Shown here: positions 16,786-25,182 of the stretch, piece after piece
Numbering within the stretch: position 1 is the first letter of the stretch
Layout of the letters: the number at the start of each line of letters is the position of its first letter
DNA from: Acidimicrobiales bacterium
GTDB lineage: Bacteria > Actinomycetota > Acidimicrobiia > Acidimicrobiales > Aldehydirespiratoraceae
Direction: 5' to 3'
DNA length: 64,000 bases
NCBI GenBank assembly: GCA_963422655.1
Contig: OY730440.1
Span: 2,930,909-2,994,908 of the forward strand
Notes under the pieces: model-generated
The model's database searches: none
What the model was told of the DNA's origin: nothing
Seen by the model: the letters and a program-made list of their open reading frames with translations, nothing else
Position numbers and translations under genes: made by a program

Positions 16786-18339
16786 ATGACCGAAGAACCC
16801 ATCTACGACGCCCGCACCTTCTGGGAGTTGCTCCAGCGCCGGGTCGAGATCAGCGGTGATCGGACGATGCTCATCGACGAGACCGACCGCACCGTGACCT
16901 TCGCCGAGTTGACCGACCGGGCCGAACAGGTGGCGGCCGGCCTGCACGCCCTGGGGGTGGGGGAGTCCACCCCGGTCACATGGATCCTTCCCACCCGCAT
17001 CGAGACCATCGTGGTCAGCTTCGCCCTGTGCCGGCTCGGTGCGGTGCAGAACCCGATCATCCACATCTACCGGCACCGAGAGGTGCGTTTCTGCATCGCT
17101 GAGACCGGAGCCCGGCTGGTGATACATCCGGGCACCTGGGGTGGTTTCGATTACGGAGCCATGATCGACGAGGTCACCGCCGACCTCGACCCCCGGCCCG
17201 AGACTCTGGTCGGCTACGACACCTTGCCCACCGGCGACCCGGCCACGCTGCCACCCCCGCCCCGATCCGGCGGCGACGCCCCGGTTCGGTGGTTGTACTA
17301 CACGTCGGGCACCACCGCCGATCCCAAAGGAGTCGAACACACCGACGAAACACTGATTGCCGGCGGTATCGGGCTGGCTCGGGCGCTCGACATGAGCATC
17401 GAGGACGTCGGCTCCATTGCCTTCCCATACGCTCACATAGGCGGTCCCGACTACATCGTCACCATGCTGGTCAGCGGTTTCCCGGCCGTGTTGGTCGAGC
17501 GGTTCACCCCGGCTGGTGCCGTGGCCGCTTTCAACCGTCACGGCGTGACCATGGCCGGCGGATCGACCGCGTTCTACCAGATGTTTCTGGCCGAGGACCG
17601 CAAGGCAGCCGGCCCCGCCATCGGATCGCTGCGGCTGCTGTCGGGCGGGGGAGCGCCCAAGCCACCCGAGGTCTACTTCGAGGTGAAGGAGCAGATGGGG
17701 GTGCCGGTAGTCCACGGCTACGGCATGACCGAATGCCCGATGATCAGCCAGGGATCACCCCACGACAGCGACGACCAACTGGCCCACACCGACGGCCGGC
17801 CCGTGTTCGGCTGCGAGGTCGGCATCGTTGGCCCCGACGGCGCCGAGGTGACACCGGGCGAGGTCGGCGAAGTACGGGTTCGAGGTCCGATGCTGTTCAA
17901 GGGCTACACCGATGCCGCCCTCGACGCTGCCGCTTTCGACTCCGAGGGCCGGTTCCGCACCGGCGACTTGGCGGTGAAGCGAGCCGACGGCCACATATCG
18001 CTGAGCGGTCGGGTCAAGGATGTCATCATCCGCAAAGGCGAGAACATCTCGGCCCGAGAGATCGAGGACATCTTGTACGCCCACCCCAAAGTGGAAGCGG
18101 CGGCGGTGATCGGGCTGCCCGACCCCGAGCGGGGCGAGCGGGTGTGCGCGGTGGTGGAGACGGCGGTCGGTCAGGAGCCGCTGACCTTCGCCGAGATGGT
18201 GGCAGCCTGTGAGGAGGCCGGGCTCATGCGCCAGAAGGTGCCCGAACAACTGGAGGTCCACCAAGGTCCGTTGCCCCGCAACGCCACCATGAAGATCCTC
18301 AAGCACGACCTTCGAGCCCTATACGGAACCGACCCCTGA
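16786..18339 (+). CDS. AMP-dependent synthetase/ligase (acyl-CoA synthetase family)
   Basis: LYYTSGTTADPKGV (AMP-binding motif I), GYGMTE, TGDL...GR.KD.I. Start set at the ATG at 16786 (MTEEPIY). The upstream part of ORF 16624.. is intergenic-like. Confidence 0.8.
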   Translation: MTEEPIYDARTFWELLQRRVEISGDRTMLIDETDRTVTFAELTDRAEQVAAGLHALGVGESTPVTWILPTRIETIVVSFALCRLGAVQNPIIHIYRHREVRFCIAETGARLVIHPGTWGGFDYGAMIDEVTADLDPRPETLVGYDTLPTGDPATLPPPPRSGGDAPVRWLYYTSGTTADPKGVEHTDETLIAGGIGLARALDMSIEDVGSIAFPYAHIGGPDYIVTMLVSGFPAVLVERFTPAGAVAAFNRHGVTMAGGSTAFYQMFLAEDRKAAGPAIGSLRLLSGGGAPKPPEVYFEVKEQMGVPVVHGYGMTECPMISQGSPHDSDDQLAHTDGRPVFGCEVGIVGPDGAEVTPGEVGEVRVRGPMLFKGYTDAALDAAAFDSEGRFRTGDLAVKRADGHISLSGRVKDVIIRKGENISAREIEDILYAHPKVEAAAVIGLPDPERGERVCAVVETAVGQEPLTFAEMVAACEEAGLMRQKVPEQLEVHQGPLPRNATMKILKHDLRALYGTDP

Positions 18340-18386
18340 TTCCTGGCGCGACGACGGGCACCGAGATCGATCACGTTGACACATCG

Positions 18387-18464
18387 TGCACCTCGACAAC
18401 ATGCACCTCGACAAGGAGCACGGTAAGCAACGAGTACGGTAGGCAACGGGCGCGGTAAACAACG
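18387..18464 (+). promoter_or_regulatory. two sets of direct repeats in the leader of the ArsC-like gene
   Basis: tgcacctcgacaa occurs twice (18387-18399 and 18402-18414, period 15). cggtaRRcaacg occurs three times (18421, 18437, 18453; period 16). The last copy ends just before the GGGAGGGAG SD. Confidence 0.4.
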
Positions 18465-18479
18465 TCGGGAGGGAGTTCA

Positions 18480-18854
18480 GTGGCCGAAGTCACGATCTAT
18501 CACAACCAGAATTGAAACTCGTCTCGCAACGCCGTGGCGGTCGCCGCGGAGATGGGAGTGGTCTTCGATGAGGTCCGTTACCTGAAGACACCACCGGACG
18601 AGGAGTCGCTGCGAGCCATCGTGGCCAAGCTGGAGGACCCGGTCGAGAACCTCGTCCGTAAGGACGCTCAGTTCGCCAAGCTGGGGCTGGCCGAAAGCGA
18701 CTACGTGGGCAGCCCCGACGCGGTCGTGACCGTGTTGGTGAAACACCCCCGGCTGATGCAGCGCCCGGTACTGGTCCGAGGCGACCGGGCCATAATCGGC
18801 CGGCCCTTGGCTGGCACCAAGGCCAGAGGCCGGATCGAGTCCCTGCTGCGATGA
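18480..18854 (+). CDS. ArsC/Spx-family thioredoxin-fold protein (glutaredoxin-type arsenate reductase-like) with in-frame TGA at the catalytic-Cys position
   Basis: A GTG at 18480 lies 4 nt after the GGGAGGGAG SD. The translation VTIYHNQN-[TGA 18513-18515]-NSSRNAV aligns with E. coli R773 ArsC ITIYHNPA-C12-GTSRNTL. The rest of the ORF (ORF-track 18534..18854) is in the same frame and stays ArsC-like (...HPRLMQRPVLV). Confidence 0.6.
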
Positions 18855-19059
18855 CCACGCTGCGATGCTGCGATGGACTTGGCCCGGTACCGAGGCGATC
18901 TGAGCGCGGCTCTGGCCCGCCTCGACGAGCTGGCTACGCTGATACCGGCGCGTGATCGGGCGCGCTGACAGCGTCGGCGGTACCGGCTAGAGTTCGGCCC
19001 GGTCCAAGACACCGGGCTCGGCCCTACCAAGGGTCCGGGCCGTCACGAAGGGGAAACCG

Positions 19060-19254
19060 ATGCGAATTGTCGTCGACTTCGATCTGTGCGAGAGCAACGC
19101 CGTCTGCATGCAGATAGCGCCCGACATCTTCGAGGTGCGCGACGACGACTTCCTCTACGTACTCGACGAGACCCCAGGCGAAGCCGACCGGCAACGAGTG
19201 GAGGAATGCGTACAGCGCTGCCCCAAGCAGGCCATCTCAGTTGTCGAAGACTGA
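19060..19254 (+). CDS. small [3Fe-4S]/[4Fe-4S]-type ferredoxin
   Basis: 64 aa. MRIVVDFDLCESNAVCMQIAPDIF...CVQRCPKQAISV is the typical actinobacterial P450-type ferredoxin pattern. Confidence 0.8.
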   Translation: MRIVVDFDLCESNAVCMQIAPDIFEVRDDDFLYVLDETPGEADRQRVEECVQRCPKQAISVVED

Positions 19255-19290
19255 CCCCGGCTGGCACGATCCCGACCACCCCGACGATCA

Positions 19291-20535
19291 TTGCCCACCC
19301 CATCCTCTGTAACCATCGTCGGCGCCTCCCTGGCCGGCCTGCGAGCGGCCGAGACGCTTCGCGCTGACGGCTTCGACGGCCCGATAACCCTGATCGGCGA
19401 CGAGGCTCACCTGCCCTATGACCGCCCACCCCTGTCCAAGCAGGTGCTGGCCGGGGACTGGGAGCCCGACCGCACAGCACTGTCCACCTCCGAGAGGCTG
19501 GCCGAGCTCGACCTCGATCTACGGCTCGGCACCCGAGCCACCAGTTTCGACTTGACCACCCGCACGCTGGGGTTGGCCGGCTCGGAGACGACGGCCGGTG
19601 GCCCGGCGGAGCCCGGCGGAGCCCGGCCCGACGAAACGCTGACCGTTGACTCGATGCTGATCGCAACCGGGGCCAGGTGTCGCACCCTCGGCCCGGGGCC
19701 ACGGCTCGAGGGCGTCCACGTGCTGCGCTCCCTCGACGACTGTCTGGCCCTGCGGGCCGACTTCGAAGCCTCGCCGGCTCGGGTGGTTGTGGTGGGCGCC
19801 GGCTTCATCGGAGCCGAGGTGGCGGCCACGGCTCGGACCAAGGGCCTGGACGTGGTGATGATCGAAGCTCTGCCCACCCCGCTGAGCCGGGTTCTGGGCC
19901 CCGAGATGGGGGCGGTGTGTGCGGCCGTGCACCGCGACCACGGCGTGGATCTGCGTACCGGCACCGGGGTGGAAGGCATCGACGGCGCCGACCGGGTGGA
20001 GCGGGTCCGCCTTTCGGACGGGTCGGTGATCGACGCCGACGTCGTGGTGGTCGGTATCGGGGTGACCCCCAACACCGAATGGCTCGAAGGCTCGGGCCTG
20101 ACCATCGACAATGGCGTCGTGTGCGACGCCACCGGCTGGGCCGGGCCCGGCGTGGCCGCGGCCGGTGACGTGGCCCGCTGGCCCAACCGGCGGTTCGGCT
20201 TGGTCATACGAGTCGAGCACTGGGACAACGCCGCCGCCCAGGGCGCTCACGCCGCCCGGCGACTCCTCGGTACCGCCGAGCCGTTCGCACCGATCCCGTG
20301 GTTCTGGAGCGATCAGTACGACCGCAAGATCCAACTGGCCGGCCACGTGCACCCCGATGACGACGTCCGAGTAGTGGCCGGATCGGTTGAACAGCGTCGG
20401 TTCGTCGCCCTCTACGGTCGTGGGGACCGGCTGGTGGGAGTGCTCGGATTCAACCGGCCCCGGCACGTCATGCGATACCGAGCCATGATCGAGCAGGAAG
20501 CAACCTTCGACGAAGCTGTCGCGGCCGAGGTCTGA
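19291..20535 (+). CDS. FAD-dependent ferredoxin-NAD(P)+ reductase (pyridine nucleotide-disulfide oxidoreductase)
   Basis: IVGASLAG (FAD GxGxxG), VVVGAGFIGAEVA (NAD GxGxxG), AAGDVA, and an FdR-type C-terminal dimerisation region. Confidence 0.85.
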   Translation: MPTPSSVTIVGASLAGLRAAETLRADGFDGPITLIGDEAHLPYDRPPLSKQVLAGDWEPDRTALSTSERLAELDLDLRLGTRATSFDLTTRTLGLAGSETTAGGPAEPGGARPDETLTVDSMLIATGARCRTLGPGPRLEGVHVLRSLDDCLALRADFEASPARVVVVGAGFIGAEVAATARTKGLDVVMIEALPTPLSRVLGPEMGAVCAAVHRDHGVDLRTGTGVEGIDGADRVERVRLSDGSVIDADVVVVGIGVTPNTEWLEGSGLTIDNGVVCDATGWAGPGVAAAGDVARWPNRRFGLVIRVEHWDNAAAQGAHAARRLLGTAEPFAPIPWFWSDQYDRKIQLAGHVHPDDDVRVVAGSVEQRRFVALYGRGDRLVGVLGFNRPRHVMRYRAMIEQEATFDEAVAAEV

Positions 20536-20564
20536 TCCGGCCCCGTGACCGCGTCTTTCATCCC

Positions 20565-21074
20565 GTGGTGACGAAGGGCTCGGTCGCCATCGCCGCCGGT
20601 CTCATAGCGATCTCGTGTAGCGCCGAGAGCGAACCGGCCGTCTACGACAGAACCGGTCTCGAATCCGGGATAGGCGCCGCCCTGGTGCCCGACAGGCCCG
20701 GGGTCGTGTCCGGCGTGAGCTGTCCCGATGTCGACCTGAGGGCCGATGCAGAGCCGCCCGAGACCACCACTCTGCAATGTCGGGCTGTCATCGGCGAGAC
20801 GCCGGTGGCAGTCACGGTGCGGGTCACCGGTGGCCGGGTCGATGTCTCCACTGATGCCTTCCTGGTGGACGTGGCCATGTTGGAGGAGCAGAGCGCGGCG
20901 CGGCTGAGCAAAGATCTGGGCCCGACCACCGTTGATTGCGACACCGATCCGGTGCTGGTGAGCGTTGCGGGCACGATCCTGGCCTGTGAGGCCTCCGATG
21001 CCAGGGGGGTGGCGCACCCCATCTCGATCACGATCGTGTCCGAGACCGGTGACTGGGAGCTGGGCCTGGGTTGA
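20565..21074 (+). CDS. putative secreted/lipoprotein (DUF4333-like)
   Basis: N-terminal hydrophobic stretch ending in the lipobox-like LIAISC. Two similar Cys-containing halves. GTG start. Confidence 0.45.
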   Translation: MVTKGSVAIAAGLIAISCSAESEPAVYDRTGLESGIGAALVPDRPGVVSGVSCPDVDLRADAEPPETTTLQCRAVIGETPVAVTVRVTGGRVDVSTDAFLVDVAMLEEQSAARLSKDLGPTTVDCDTDPVLVSVAGTILACEASDARGVAHPISITIVSETGDWELGLG

Positions 21075-21258
21075 CCATCCCGGAATAGCGTTGACCGTCG
21101 GGGAGGAGTATAAAAGTCAGGAGCAGGAGGAGGCGCCGATGAGTCCTGGTACTCTGTGGCGTCCCGCTCCCGGGCGGGATGTGTCGTGCTTGGAGCACGA
21201 GCTGCCGGTCTCGCACTGCGATCCGGTGGCAGGGTCCTGAACCCGACTGAGGAACTCA

Positions 21259-21540
21259 ATGCCCGCCAACCTCCCACCCAAGGCCGAGACCATCGCCTCG
21301 ATGACGCAAGCCTTCGGATTGGCCTTCACCGACACTGGCTCCCCCGAAGTCCAGATCGCCTTGCTGTCCGACCGCATCAGCCATCTCACCGATCACCTGA
21401 GAACCCACAAGAAGGATCATCACGGTCGGCGAGGCTTGCTGATGCTGGTCGGCCGGCGAAGAAGGTTGCTCGACTACGTGAAGGACAATGACATCGACCG
21501 TTACCGGGCGGTGATAACTCACCTCGGCCTGCGACGCTGA
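21259..21540 (+). CDS. rpsO: 30S ribosomal protein S15
   Basis: [49 protein letters not shown] is the canonical S15 sequence. Confidence 0.95.
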   Translation: MPANLPPKAETIASMTQAFGLAFTDTGSPEVQIALLSDRISHLTDHLRTHKKDHHGRRGLLMLVGRRRRLLDYVKDNDIDRYRAVITHLGLRR

Positions 21541-21550
21541 GCATGACACG

Positions 21551-21569
21551 GCGGTCCCACCCGGACCGC
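21551..21569 (+). terminator. GC-rich hairpin just after rpsO (possible attenuator/terminator)
   Basis: gcggtcc-caccc-ggaccgc: perfect 7-bp stem and 5-nt loop, 11 nt after the rpsO stop. No clear T-tract follows. Confidence 0.35.
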
Positions 21570-21642
21570 TGTTCCGGTTGATCGCAGCGATCGGCCGGCG
21601 ACGATCCCAGAAACAACCGAGAGGTGCGACCGCACCGGTACT

Positions 21643-21679
21643 AGTCGTATCGGCCTCGCTCGGTGGGACCGATACGACT
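21643..21679 (+). promoter_or_regulatory. long hairpin in the pnp leader (candidate RNase III / PNPase autoregulation site)
   Basis: agtcgtatcgg (21643-21653) pairs perfectly with ccgatacgact (21669-21679), with a 15-nt loop. Its position between rpsO and pnp matches the known pnp-leader processing hairpin. Confidence 0.45.
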
Positions 21680-21740
21680 GGGAACTGGCGGGGTTGTGCT
21701 TCGAACCAGGACCCTCCCAGGGTCTGTCAGGAGACACCCA

Positions 21741-24272
21741 ATGACCGAATCTCTATCGGTTACCGGCGCGTTCACGCGCGCCGAAGGCAAGGACACCACT
21801 TTTGAAACCGGCACATTCGCCCGGCTGGCCGGCGGGGCGGTGACAGCCCGGATGGGCGACACCCTCGTGCTGGTCACCGCCACCGGATCCAAGACCCCCC
21901 GGCCCGGCGCCGACTTCTTTCCGCTCACCGTCGATGTCGAGGAGCGTATGTACGCGGCCGGGAGGATCCCAGGTTCCTTCTTCCGGCGAGAGGCCCGAGC
22001 CGGCGAGCAGGCCGTCTTGACCTGCCGGCTCGTCGACCGGCCCCTGCGCCCGGCCTTCCCCGACGGATTCCGCAACGAGGTCCACGTCGTGGCCACGGTG
22101 CTGGGGGCCGATCAGTCTCATCCCTACGACGTGCTGGCCCTCAATGCGGCTTCGCTGGCGCTGGGCATATCGCCGGTTCCCTTCGACGGTCCCATCGGGG
22201 CGGTACGCTTGGCTTGGTCGCCCGAAGGTGATTGGATCCCCTTCCCGACATACGCCGAAGGCCGGGACTCCGCTTTCGAGATGGTGGTGGCGGGCCGGCT
22301 GGCCGGTGACGACGTGGCCGTGATGATGGTCGAGGCCGGCGGTACGGCCAACACCTGGAACCTCTACGAGAACGGCACCCCCAGAGTGGACGAAGAGGTT
22401 CTGGCCGGCGGGCTGGAAGCGTCCAAGAACTGGATCGCCGAGATGATCGAGCTGCAACTCGAGCTCATGGACAAGGTGGGGACAGTCACCAAGATGGATC
22501 CGCCCCTGCATATCGATTTCAGCGACAGCGTGCTGAGTGAAGTGCAGTCTTTGGCCCGATCCCGCATAGAGCAGATACAACAGATTGCCGACAAGGCCGA
22601 CCGCCAGAACGCCGAGGCCGAGCTCAAGTCCAGTATCGTTGAAGAGCTCGATGCGGCCGGGGCCAAGGGTGACATCTCGAAAGAAGAATTTGCCGGTCAG
22701 GTGCACAGCGCCATACGGGCTGTGACCAAAGAGGTCGTGCGGCGCCGCATAGTCACCGAAGGCATACGCATCGACGGCCGGGCCCCCGACGAACTGCGCG
22801 AAGTCACCAGCGCAGTGGGGGTGATCCCCACCGCTCACGGCTCGGGCCTGTTCAGCCGGGGCGAAACCCAGGTGCTCAACATCGCCACTCTGGGGATAGG
22901 TCGCAGCGACATGATGATCGACGATCTGTCGCCCACCGAGAAGAAGCGGTACTTCCACCACTACAACTTCCCACCCTTCTCCACCGGCGAAACCGGTTTC
23001 ATGAGGGGTCCCAAGCGTCGCGAGATCGGCCACGGCGCTCTGGCCGAGCGGGCCGTGTTCCCGCTGGTGCCGAGCTTCGACGAGTGGCCTTACACGGTGC
23101 GCACCGTGTCGGAGGTGATGGCATCCAACGGGTCGAGCTCGATGGCTTCGGTATGCGGATCGACACTGTCGTTGATGGACGCCGGGGTGCCGGTGAAGGC
23201 TCCGGTGGCCGGGGTGGCCATGGGCCTGATCAGCGCTGACGGCGAATACGTCACCCTCACCGACATCCTCGGCGCCGAGGATGCCTTCGGTGACATGGAC
23301 TTCAAGGTGGCCGGCACTGCCGACTTCATCACTGCGCTCCAGCTCGACACCAAGATCGCCGGCATCGGGGCCTCGGTACTGGCCAGTGCCCTCCAGCAGG
23401 CTCGGGAGGCCCGTCTGGCCATCCTGGCTGTCATGGCCACGGCGATTGCCGAGCCTCGGCCCGAAGTGCGTGACACCGCTCCCAAGATCGTGAGTTTCGA
23501 GATCCCGGTGGAGAAGATCGGCGAGGTGATCGGCCCCAAGGGGAAGGTGATCAACGCCATCCAGCTCGAAACCGGCGCCGACATAAATGTCGACGACGAC
23601 GGTGCTGTCGGGGTCGTGTCCATCGCTTCCACCGACGCCGGGGCAGTGGCCGAGGCCGAGCGCCAGATCAAGCTCATCCTCGACCCGCCCACCGCAGAAA
23701 TGGGGACCGTCTATCTGGGCAAGGTCGTGAACATCACGAAGTTCGGCGCCTTCGTCAACATCCTCCCCGGCCGCGACGGCTTGGTGCACATCTCCAAGCT
23801 CGGGGGCAACAAGCGCATCGAGCGTGTGGAGGACGTGCTCGAGCTGGGTAGCGAGATCTCCGTGGTGGTCGAGGACGTCGATCCGAACGGGAAGGTCTCG
23901 TTGCTGCTGGCCGATGACGGCGAGACCGGCGGCACCAACCGGGACCGCCGCTCCGATTCCGGTCCAGCCCGGCCCGATCGGGGCCGGAACCGTGAAGGGA
24001 GCCGTGACGGCGAACCGGTCCGAGCCCGGGCCCAGCGAGGCGCAGGGGCCGGGCGAGGCGGGGGCGCAGCGGCCAGAGACGCAAGTGCCCAAGGCAAAGC
24101 CGACGAATCGTCCGGTTCGGGCTCGGGCTCGCCGTCACGGGTGGTCTCGTTCGAGGATTCCTTCGACCAAGAGCTTCAGGAGGAGTTCGGTGACCTCGGC
24201 CCTCGGCCCATAGCCCGGCGAGGCGACCGGCGCCGCCGCGGCGGGGCCGGCGGAGGGCGGAACCGGCGGTGA
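21741..24272 (+). CDS. pnp: polyribonucleotide nucleotidyltransferase (PNPase) with a Gly/Arg-rich C-terminal tail
   Basis: Two RNase PH-like halves, KH (IGEVIGPKGKVI) and S1 (GKVVNITKFGAFVNILPGRDGLVHISK). AGGAGA SD before the ATG at 21741. Confidence 0.95.
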   Translation: MTESLSVTGAFTRAEGKDTTFETGTFARLAGGAVTARMGDTLVLVTATGSKTPRPGADFFPLTVDVEERMYAAGRIPGSFFRREARAGEQAVLTCRLVDRPLRPAFPDGFRNEVHVVATVLGADQSHPYDVLALNAASLALGISPVPFDGPIGAVRLAWSPEGDWIPFPTYAEGRDSAFEMVVAGRLAGDDVAVMMVEAGGTANTWNLYENGTPRVDEEVLAGGLEASKNWIAEMIELQLELMDKVGTVTKMDPPLHIDFSDSVLSEVQSLARSRIEQIQQIADKADRQNAEAELKSSIVEELDAAGAKGDISKEEFAGQVHSAIRAVTKEVVRRRIVTEGIRIDGRAPDELREVTSAVGVIPTAHGSGLFSRGETQVLNIATLGIGRSDMMIDDLSPTEKKRYFHHYNFPPFSTGETGFMRGPKRREIGHGALAERAVFPLVPSFDEWPYTVRTVSEVMASNGSSSMASVCGSTLSLMDAGVPVKAPVAGVAMGLISADGEYVTLTDILGAEDAFGDMDFKVAGTADFITALQLDTKIAGIGASVLASALQQAREARLAILAVMATAIAEPRPEVRDTAPKIVSFEIPVEKIGEVIGPKGKVINAIQLETGADINVDDDGAVGVVSIASTDAGAVAEAERQIKLILDPPTAEMGTVYLGKVVNITKFGAFVNILPGRDGLVHISKLGGNKRIERVEDVLELGSEISVVVEDVDPNGKVSLLLADDGETGGTNRDRRSDSGPARPDRGRNREGSRDGEPVRARAQRGAGAGRGGGAAARDASAQGKADESSGSGSGSPSRVVSFEDSFDQELQEEFGDLGPRPIARRGDRRRRGGAGGGRNRR

Positions 24273-25006
24273 GCGCCGTCGAGGTGGGGGTCTGCGGCGC
24301 CACCGGACGCATGGGCGTCGAGGTGTGCCGCGCCGTCGAGGCCGACGACGACACCGAGTTGGTGGCCGCCATCGGTTCGGACGGGTCGGTGTCGGCCTTC
24401 GTCGAGGCTGGCGCCGATGTAGTCGTCGACTTCACCGTGGCCGACGCGGCCCGGGCCAATCTGTTGGTGCTGGGCCGGGCCGGTATCCACGCCGTGGTCG
24501 GAACCTCGGGCCTGGGTCCCGGCGACATCGACATGTTCCGGACCGCCTTCACGTCGAGCAACTGCCTGATCGCCCCCAACTTCGCGATCGGCGCTGCTTT
24601 GATGATGCGCTTTGCCGAGATAGCGGCCCCGTTTTTCGAGACGGCCGAGGTGATCGAGATGCACCACGACCGCAAGGTGGATGCACCCTCGGGCACGGCC
24701 ATGGGGACGGTGGAGCGCATGGCCGCGGCCTCGGATCACTGGGCTCCCGATCCCACCGCCGACGAGATTCTGCCCGGTGCTCGGGGTGGTCGGGGGCCGG
24801 GTGGCATCGCTGTCCACTCGGTCCGGCTCAAGGGCAGGGTGGCTCATCAAGAGGTGCTGTTCGGCGGCCCCGGTGAGACCCTCACTGTCCGTCACGACAT
24901 CATAGACCGGTCGTCGTTCATGCCCGGGGTGATGCTGGGCGTCAAGCGGGTAGCCGACCTGCCCGGGGTGACCGTTGGCCTCGAAGCGGTGCTGGGCCTC
25001 GGATAG
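24269..25006 (+). CDS. dapB: 4-hydroxy-tetrahydrodipicolinate reductase
   Basis: VGVCGATGRMG (NAD-binding) and EVIEMHHDRKVDAPSGTA (the DapB signature). GTG start overlapping the pnp stop. Confidence 0.9.
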   Translation: MSAVEVGVCGATGRMGVEVCRAVEADDDTELVAAIGSDGSVSAFVEAGADVVVDFTVADAARANLLVLGRAGIHAVVGTSGLGPGDIDMFRTAFTSSNCLIAPNFAIGAALMMRFAEIAAPFFETAEVIEMHHDRKVDAPSGTAMGTVERMAAASDHWAPDPTADEILPGARGGRGPGGIAVHSVRLKGRVAHQEVLFGGPGETLTVRHDIIDRSSFMPGVMLGVKRVADLPGVTVGLEAVLGLG

Positions 25007-25106
25007 CAGCCCGGCCCGAGGCGTTGTCCCTGGCGGTTCGGGGCATGGTCGAAATGTCGGTGCCTCCTAGGGGCGTTGTCTTGAATCAAACGATGGACAC
25101 CGATAG

Positions 25107-25135
25107 TTGACAAAATATCAAGAATAAGGGATACT
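25107..25135 (+). promoter_or_regulatory. sigma-70-like promoter candidate for sialidase 1 (TTGACA-N17-GATACT)
   Basis: TTGACA at 25107-25112, a 17-nt AT-rich spacer, then GATACT at 25130-25135. The 10-mer AGTTGACAAA is shared with the upstream region of sialidase 2 (51037-51046). Confidence 0.3.
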
Positions 25136-25182
25136 GTCAAAAATTCTCTACTCGAGCTCTAATTGAAGAAGTTGGAGGAGTC

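Noticed and set aside
2600-16790. att-type direct repeats or mobility genes delimiting the defence island
   Set aside because: I compared the two edges by eye and found no shared repeat. No integrase, recombinase or transposase ORF is present. The island status therefore rests only on composition and gene content.
21753-24092. 779-aa minus-strand ORF spanning almost all of pnp
   Set aside because: It is antisense to an unambiguous PNPase gene. The translation is low-complexity Gly/Arg/Pro/His-rich. Long antisense ORFs of this kind are expected in very high-G+C DNA.
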